64,000 bases of DNA, taken from assembly GCA_951406725.2 (NCBI GenBank), contig OX597819.1, positions 23,188,001-23,252,000 on the forward strand, read 5' to 3'. Shown in pieces: positions 55,353 to 64,000 of this stretch. Numbering within the stretch: position 1 is the first letter of the stretch; each line of letters begins with the position of its first letter. A program made the translations under genes and the position numbers. Origin of the DNA: Octopus vulgaris (Eukaryota). The notes under the pieces are model-generated. The model saw only the letters and a list, made by a program, of their open reading frames with translations, did not search any database and was not told the DNA's origin.

Positions 55353-55665
55353 GGCGCAGGCGTGGCCGTGGGTAAGAAGCTTGCTTCACAACCACATGTG
55401 TTCAAAAATCCTTCGTTCATATATATAAATATATATGTATTCATGTATGTATGATGTATGTATTAGAGTGTGTCTGTGTTTGTCCCCCACCATGGCTTGA
55501 CAGGTGATGTTGGTGTGTCTGCGTCTCCGTATCTTAGCGGTTCGGCAAAAGAAACCGATAGAATAAGTACTAGGCTTACAAAGAATAAGTCCTGAGATCG
55601 TTTTCTTCGACTAAAACCCTTTAAGGTCGTACTCCAGGTCGGCCGCAGTCAAATAACTGAAACAA

Positions 55666-56156
55666 TATAACCAGCCGAAACGGCAAAGATAATCTGGAAC
55701 TCGACTGAGGAAAGAAAACATCGAATGACCCATCCTTGTTTTCTTTGTATCGTCTGTCTGGATGTTTTGCGCTCTTGTCCCATTTTTGTATTTTTTATAT
55801 ATAAAAATATAGCGGCGTACGTACCTGTCAAATCTTATATCCCTGCCGTCAGCTTAATTTAATTCGTCCTTAGTCGAAAGACACCCGTTGTTAATATCCT
55901 GTTGTTTGTATTTGTGTACTAATTCTCCGCTTTTTCCGTCCTTGTTTTCGTATACATTCGCTGCTTTCTTCCAAGGAATCTCGTACTCTTAGCTTAGTTT
56001 TTTCCTTGGGGCTGACCAGATTGGAGCAATTTCGCGTATAACCAGCCCAAATTGCAAAGATAATCTGGAACTCCACTGAGGAAAGAAAACTCCGAATGAC
56101 CCATCCTTGTTTTCTTTGTATCGTCTGTCTGGATGTTTTGCGTTCTTGTCCAATTT

Positions 56157-56157
<1 letters not shown>
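55666..56157 (+). mobile_element. Direct repeat of ~120 bp at ~371-bp period ending at (TA)n (pseudo-LTR-like)
   Basis: tataaccagcc...gcaaagataatctggaactc...ctggatgttttgcg at 55666-55786 and 56037-56157. Confidence 0.7.
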
Positions 56158-56249
<92 letters not shown>

Positions 56250-56515
56250 TAATAAATATAAGGGTAGCAAAAAAATTCTAGAAAAAATTCTCCACTACCA
56301 GCGGTCTAGTGAGAAAGAAAAGTTACCAAAGTTTGTCGAAACTATGCATAGTCCAGAGATGAAAAGGGTAAATGCTTTTATTTCTCTTTCAATTTCAGAA
56401 TTACAACTATTTAGCGGTTTGAGTTTGGCTGCTCTTTCTAGTGAGTCGAATGGCCTATTAGGGCCATTCCTTATATTGTTGTATATATATATATATATAT
56501 ATACATATATTCGAG

Positions 56516-57186
56516 TTAAGTCCCATGGGCATAGAAGTACCAACAGCCGAGCACGACCAGGGTGCGTGCAAGAGGACAAAACAGTCCTATATGCTATCGT
56601 TCATGATCCGTGCATTTGCGAATGGTTGCTTCTTGGTTTTTGTCGAAATGGTGACACGAGTCTTTTGAGATGAACCGAGTGATCCAGGCCATTTTATCTG
56701 AGTTTTCCTCCGAAACACCCTAGATGGATTGCCCCACTATTGGATGGATCTGGCTATCGGCTAAGTCCATTAGCGAAAGTGGTTGTATGGGAAACCAGAT
56801 TGAAAGGACGGAAGACAGATACTTTCCGCTTCTGGCCAAGTGCTTATCAACTTTTCCATGTTTCCCTTGAAAAGGAAAGCGTGGGTGTGGAGGGAAGTGC
56901 TGCATGGTGGGTGAATGTTGCAAGAATGGTCTGAGTGAACGGACCGTGTATAAACACGCACCTGCAAGTTGAAGGACAGTGTAAAGAGAGCGCAGTGGTC
57001 AGAGTGACCGTGGTTTTAGTGGGGAGTTGACGAGCAGCTCTAGGAAGTCTCCCTTTTTGGGGGGAAATTATTGATTGTCATAATTATACATCGTTACTGT
57101 TTTATTTTTACGCGGCTTTTAAGTAATCCTATATTGCATTGTCCTGTACCATCCCTAATGAACCCTTAATGGTTAGTAAAGAAAAT
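56516..57186 (+). mobile_element. L1/Tx1-type LINE 3' end (decayed CCHC knuckle + 3' UTR)
   Basis: PGCVQEDKTVLYAIVH.P (CxxC..ET..H..CP remnant), AKVVVWETRLKG, LINFF. Ends ggttagtaaagaaa. Confidence 0.7.
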
Positions 57187-57788
57187 TATTGGTTATTTTT
57201 AAGTATATCTTTAAAGTTATAATCTAACGAGAGTCCTAAATTCAGAACAAAAAAACCATCTTGTCAATGTATGTATAAATCTTTAATCTTTAATCTCCCT
57301 CATCCATTTTCCACGGACTAGACAAGAGGAAGTCCAACAAATGCTTCTTTCTATTGTTTGTGTTTTTATTAACTTTGTTGCGCGCGCGCGTGTGTGTATG
57401 TGTGTGTTTCTGTTTCTTAGTTCAGCCTACTTCCTGTTTTTCATTTGCTCATGTCTACAATGTAAAGAATCCATTTCGACACAAATTACCTATAATGTAG
57501 AATGCACCAGTAGTGATCGCTGTAATTGACAAATAAATATTCGGAAGAATGACAGAACAAATTGTTACTTTAACTAACGAGTAGACTTCAGCTAATATTC
57601 TGAGTCAGCAGTCATATGATGTTTAGAAAGCTGGCCGAAGTATACAGTATGAATGAGCTACATGTTCCTAACCTTCTTTAAATCCTGCTTAGACATAACT
57701 GGGGAGTATATTGCACATTCTGGTATGCAGTGCTGAATTGTAGAAATGTAGTACGAATTCACGGCTTGAATCTGGTGATAGAACAGAA

Positions 57789-58075
57789 ATGGAGGAAGTA
57801 GGCTCCGTCTTTGTCATATGGTGCAAGGAAACGAATGTGACAAAGATGGTAGAGCTGACAGGTCAGTGGGAAGCAAATACCGAAGACGCTTTCCTCAGGA
57901 AAGATAGAAAATACAGCCAATTGGTTGAAAACAGTGGATGGGACACAATATGCCTTCCCGTAGAAACAAGTGTCTGAGCATTTGTTGAAATCAGTATTCA
58001 CATTCGATGTTCAAGAGACTTGGACTAGCTGCGAAGGACAGAAACAAAGTTGCCAAAAAAACTGTCGGAAGCCAG
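57789..58075 (+). mobile_element. HERO/R2-group REL endonuclease fragment
   Basis: VIWCKETNVTKMVELTGQWEANTEDAFLRKDRKYSQLVENSGWDTICLPVE matches the ELTVPWE..A..RK..KY..L..GW..PVE pattern. Confidence 0.75.
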
Positions 58076-58399
58076 TATATATACTTCAAGTGATGCAGCA
58101 AGTAACGAACGTTCTAATAGCATTTCTTTCGGCGCTTTGAGTTCTGAGTTCAAATTCCGCTGTGATAAAATTTGCTTTTCATTGGAGATCCATTAAAATA
58201 AAGTACCAGTCAAGCACAGAGGTCGATGTTATTGACTCTGCAACGAACCGGCGTTGTGTTCTGAATAATGTAATCTCGGTCACATATCCGTCATGGAAAT
58301 CGGATAAACGGCTTTATGAGTGCTAAGGCCCAAGAAAACTAAATAAAAAAAGTTTGTGCACAAACTTCGGTCCTACTCTAATTACTATTATTTTTTTAT

Positions 58400-58697
58400 G
58401 CGCCCTTCTCAAATCTAGCCAGGCTCATGGGCTCGGTTTCCCGGTTTCTGTGGCGTATGTGACCCGCCACCCCAGCTGGACGGGACGCCAGTCCATCGCA
58501 GCGTTACTCAAGAAACAAGAGTGAGAGAAAGAGTACAACATGGTTCGCCACCCCCATCCCCACCTTGCCCTGCCGGAGCCTCGTGGTGCTTTTAGGTGTT
58601 TTCGCTCAATAAACACACACAACGCCCAGTCTGGGAATGGAAACCACGATCCTCCGACCGCGAGTCCGCTGCCCTAACCACTGGGCCATTGCACCTC
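58400..58697 (-). mobile_element. tRNA-headed SINE family D, full length
   Basis: Minus strand tggcccagtggttagggcagcggactcgcggtc...gcgatggactggcgtcccgtccag...A-rich tail. Confidence 0.85.
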
Positions 58698-59461
58698 CCC
58701 ACTCTAATTACTATACGCAATCTTTTCAATCTAGCAAATCCCGATCAGGACCGTGTAACTTCCACATGTGTGCGTGATGTTTGTGAAACGGTTCGACCAT
58801 TTAAACCCGACGATCAATTCAACAGTAATAATACATTTTCCAATATGATATCGCGACAATAAAAAGGAAAACGCCATTAGTAAACATTTCTTTCTGAAGA
58901 CGACAGAGTGGAGATTTAGAAATATGAATGAAACTAAGAACGCTGTTGACCCAAATGAAATCGGAGCCAAACCACAACTGTGGATACACAGTTGCATAAC
59001 AGAGTGTGTGTGCGTATGTTTTTAGCCTCCGAGTAACTATGAACTCTTCGAGCGGAACTCAATCTATTTCTGTCTCGGTCTATGTGTACATGCATGTTTC
59101 TGTGTGCAAGTGTGTAGCTGAATATTGTGTGTGTGTGTCTGTCTGTAAATATGTGTGTGTGTGTCTGTCTGTAAATATGTGTGTGTGTGTGTGTGTGTGC
59201 GAAAGGATAAACACCTATATAGACTGGAAGTGCCACAATTTCTATGTAAGTATACTGAAAAGATATCCGTCTCGTACAATATATATATTATGTAATGCCC
59301 AGTAAATGTCGATGCAAACTGCAGAAATAATTTAATTAGCTCTCTCTCCATATATAGGGCGTGATCGTTTCGTTAAAATACATATATAAATAAGATATAT
59401 CATTGTTGAACAATTTGTAACATTTTATCACACACAGGTATATGTACATATATATGTATAA

Positions 59462-59574
<113 letters not shown>

Positions 59575-59672
59575 TATACATATATATATACATAACATAT
59601 ATATACATATATATATACATAACATATATATACATATATATATACATATATACATATATATACATATATATA

Positions 59673-59703
<31 letters not shown>

Positions 59704-59824
59704 GTATGTATCTATGTATATATGTATATATGCATGTGTGTTTATAAATATATGCATATATGGGTGTGTGTTTATATATATATATATAAATATATGTTTA
59801 TACATACATATATATATATACATA

Positions 59825-59907
<83 letters not shown>

Positions 59908-60060
59908 GTATATATGGAGTATACATATATTCAATTATATATATTACATACTTATTAGGCAGACGGACAGACTCACGCACATACACACACTCACACACAT
60001 ACAGAAAGACAGACAAACAGGCACTGAAACTGACAGATATTCAGACAGACAGGCAAAAAT

Positions 60061-60093
<33 letters not shown>

Positions 60094-60462
60094 TAGGCAG
60101 ACAGACAGATATATATATAAATTCACTTTCTATCAAGCGTAAAATTTACTTGAAGTGAATCTCTAAATGTTTACGAAACGTTAAACGCAATAATCTGGGT
60201 TAACTGTGAGATAACCGATAATACAATAATGGAGACAACTTCCTGTTAGTAGTTTGTGAGAAACTTGTGAGAAAGATTTGTTGTGGTAATCGTTAACCTA
60301 GAAAGCGAACAAATTTAGCTCCAAAAGATAAACTATATTATATACTTAAATAGATTCTGAAATTTTATTTCAGTAGGTTAAACAAGTAATCAATTTAATT
60401 ACTTTCAGTTATTTGAATAGAAAATTGAATGAAAAAGGATTGCATTATTGTATTATCGGATA

Positions 60463-61245
60463 AGGCGGCGAGCTGGCAGAAACGTTAGCACGCCGGGCGA
60501 AATGCGTAGCCGTATTTTGTCTGCCGTTACGTTCTGAGTTCAAATCCCGCCAAGGATGACTTTGCCTTTCATCCTTTCGGGGTCGGTAAAATAAGTATCA
60601 GTTATGCACTGGGGTCGATATAATCGACTTAATCCGTTTGTCTGTACTTGTTTGTCCCCTCTGTGTTTAGCCCCTTGTGGGTAGTAAAGAAATAGGTATT
60701 TCGTCTGTCTTTACGTTCTGAGTTCAAATTCCGCTGAGGTCGACTTTGCCTTTCATCCTTTCGGGGTCGATAAATGAAGGATCAGTTACAAACTGAGGTC
60801 GATGTAATCGACTTAATCAGTTTGTCTGTCCTTGTTTGTCCCCTCTGTGTTTACCCCTTGTGGGCAATAAAGAAATAAGAAAACGTTAGCACGCCGGGCG
60901 TGCTTAGCGGTATTTCGTCTGCTGCTACGTTCTGAGTTCAAATTCCGCCGAGGTTGACTTTGCCTTTCAACCCTTCGGGGCCGATAAATTAAGAGCCAGT
61001 TGCGTACTGGGGTCGATCGAATCGACTGGATCCCTCCCCCAAAAATTCGGGCCTTGTGCCTAGAATAGAAAAGGGAATCGTAAACACCACGGCATTTCGT
61101 CTACCGCTACGTTATGAGTTCAAATTCTGCCGAGATCGACTTTGCCTTTCATCCTTTCGGGGTCGATTAAATAAGTACCAGTGAAAAACTGGGATCGATG
61201 TAATCGCCTAGTCCCCTCCCCAAAGAATATCAGGCCTTGTAAAGG
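60463..61245 (+). mobile_element. SINE B tetramer with two alternative 3' tails, flanked by a 21-bp direct repeat
   Basis: Units start at about 60463, 60696, 60880 and 61076. attattgta(t/a)tatcggataag at 60444-60464 and 61246-61266. Confidence 0.88.
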
Positions 61246-62156
61246 ATTATTGTAATATCGGATAAGTTCACCGGGTCATGATTATATAGAGCAGTAGTTC
61301 GTAGAAGTTCTCAATTAGGGTCCATGTAAGATTTTACTGCAAAAATTCATGGACAATAAACTTATCCAAACTTCTATAATACACAGAATATCTTAACAAT
61401 TCATTGTTATCCTATTTCAAATAATATTTCATTCTCAAAATATAACATCATTATTTTAAGCATCCAATGCTTATGAGAGTCCTTTGGTAAAAATAAGCGG
61501 GGTTCATAAATAAACATTGGTTGAAAATCACAGGTTTAGAGATTCCATGGGTGTAGAAGGCTGTTTTTATTGGATCTCGTGTCTCGTGATTTTCTCAAAA
61601 TAAATGGAACATAACATGTATCAGTACAAAAGAATACAGCGCAAAATGAAACAGAAAACTAACACAACCTCCAGGCCCTTCCTGCTTGCGAATTATTTCG
61701 TTGAGATGGGAATATTGCCGGAAAAAACGTAAGGAACCATAAATATATTACATCATTATAAACAATAATAATAATATAAACTTGTTTCCAGTTCAAATAT
61801 GCTGGAGGTGTGTTCGCATCCGTAAGGAAACCATTCATTGTATTTTGTTATAGAGAAAGATTCCCGCTATAGACAAACAGATGGAAATACCCCAAGTCAG
61901 TTCACAGCGTTCCCTAACAAGTCTGTTGGATGCATGCGTTCAGGGATGGCTATATGTTTTTACTTTTTACGGGTCCCAGTCATTGTACTGTGACTACACT
62001 GTAACGCCGTTTTAAAGGGTTTAGTCGTAAAAGTCCCCTCTTTCACTTTTTCTCTCTCTCCCCTCTTTCTCTTTCTCTCTCTCGTTGCTCCCACGTGACC
62101 GTTGTCCATCTTTCTTTTCCTGCACGGACGTTTAAAAGAACGGAGGTGTTTTCTTT

Positions 62157-62193
<37 letters not shown>

Positions 62194-62618
62194 CTATCTC
62201 TCTCTTCTATCTTTTCGCTTTTCAAAAGAATTGTTTCTCCCATCGTTCACTATTTTCCCCTCGTTGTCGATAAATTAAGTACCAGTTACGCCCTGGGGTC
62301 AATGGAATTGACTTAATCCTTTTGCCTGTCCTTGTTTGTTCCCTCTGTGTTTAGACCCTTGTGGGCAATAAATAAATAAATAAATAAGAGTGAGCCAGAG
62401 AGTGATAGATTATGTAGTAGGAAACAAAACTGTGTTACAAACAGGTAAGCAACATGCAGAAGAAATGTAAAAGATACAATATTTAACATAGTGTAGAAAC
62501 GAGTTAGAGAGACACGACACACAGTACATAACAGACAGCAGAACATAAGCCAGACCATAAATTTCCTTTTCTACTTTTGTATGTGTCTCTCTGCGAAAAT
62601 GATTGTAGAAACACTGCT

Positions 62619-62674
62619 GTGCTGATGACGCCTGTTAAAGCAGAAACAAGAGACAACAACTGTCTTAGTATCAC
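62619..62674 (+). ncRNA. Possible hammerhead motif with a longer stem III
   Basis: gtg CTGATGA cgcctgttaaagca GAAAC aagagacaacaactgtctta GTA tcac; stems I and II are imperfect. Confidence 0.4.
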
Positions 62675-63062
62675 TACAAAAACAAAAGAGAAGTGAACTG
62701 TATTTTCTTTAATGACAGGTCAAATCTGGAGAATTCTAACATTTTGAGATTATTTCCATATCTTTATTCAGAGTCACTCGCAACTGCCGCCAGCCGGCGT
62801 TCATTTACTGTCTCTAGAAACGAAGATAATTTTAATAAATCAAAAATTTATCTGTATAATATTTAATATATGTGTATGTGTCTTTGTTGTTCAACTACAT
62901 GCCACAAACCATACTGAATTACTATATCTTAGCTCATTTTCGTTATGTGCGTAGGTGCATGTGTGTATATGTGTGCAAATACATACATACATACATATAC
63001 ATACACACACATATATGTACATACATACATACATACATACATACATACATACATACACACAC

Positions 63063-63102
<40 letters not shown>

Positions 63103-64000
63103 ATTTGTGCGTACGTACGTATGTATGTAATCATTAGATTATATATTAATACCAAGTTAACACCTCACAGAAATGTAGACACAATGATATATTACCTGCA
63201 TGCAGCAAACATTGTTACTATCTTATAAACAGAAACATTGTTTTAGAGACAGCAACAGTGCATTATCGACACACACATACTCTCTTTCTTCCCCCCTCTT
63301 ACACACATACACACACTTTCTCTTTCTTCCCTCTCTCTCCTATAGTAGTTTACGTGTAGGCGTTCACGTTAGAATTACGTTGCAAATATTCTGTAATAAT
63401 TTTTTTATGAATCGGAAACTACGTAGGCGAAGAATCAATACGCTACATTTCTTCTTTCACAAATCTTTAAGAAAAAAGAAAATAGAAATGTAAAGAAAAG
63501 ATATTAGAAAAAAAAAAAAAAAAACAGATAGATTTATGCCGGAAAAGATAAAACGTGATTTCGTATATTTTTCTTTAAAAGTTCATTAAACTCGAAGACA
63601 AAATAATGATTGTAAGTGAAACAAATCTACGTCAGACATAGGAGACTTTCCAGAGAGTAATAGTTGTAATCGCAACACCTCTATCTTGAGGCATTTGAAC
63701 ACAGAATTTACTCAATTCATAAGATACACATACACATACATACATACATACACACACACATACATACGTACATACATACATACATACATACATACATACA
63801 TACGTACATACATACATACATAAATACATACATACATACATATATGATGGTTCCCCTCTCGTTATCGAGTATGGCCATTGCACGAAGCTTAACTGTTATT
63901 GGTGCTGTGATCGAATGTGGCATTTTAGCCCAGCTAAAGATCTACAATGTCTTGTACAGAATTGGCAACTAAAACCTTTGCCGGTAATAGCCGGCTGTAG

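Overview
This is eukaryotic, AT-rich, microsatellite-saturated non-genic DNA. The SINE families and repeat composition look like an octopus (Octopus sp.) genome; this is recognition from memory, not a database result. I found no host exon. Almost all ORFs in the track are microsatellite, SINE or minisatellite artefacts. Real content: (1) four tRNA-headed SINE families, including multimers and a SINE-derived 89/91-bp minisatellite; (2) decayed non-LTR retrotransposons: several R4/Dong-type REL families at (TAA)n or (TACA)n tracts, a HERO-like REL fragment, L1/Tx1, RTE and Jockey/CR1-like fragments; (3) a 5'-truncated Penelope-like element (Naiad-like) whose GIY-YIG domain the ORF track misses; (4) two Tc1/mariner-superfamily MITEs, a Helentron-type HINE and a possible solo LTR. 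The main unannotated signal is about a dozen minimal type I hammerhead ribozyme motifs from sequence-unrelated families. Most have palindromic stem III, several have core variants (U3-A8 covariation; CUGUNGAA with stem I covariation), and most lie in short foldback or tandem mini-elements at (TA)n tracts. One family shares its terminus with the protein-coding Penelope-like element. Coordinates were read by eye and may be off by a few bases; no folding or search was run.
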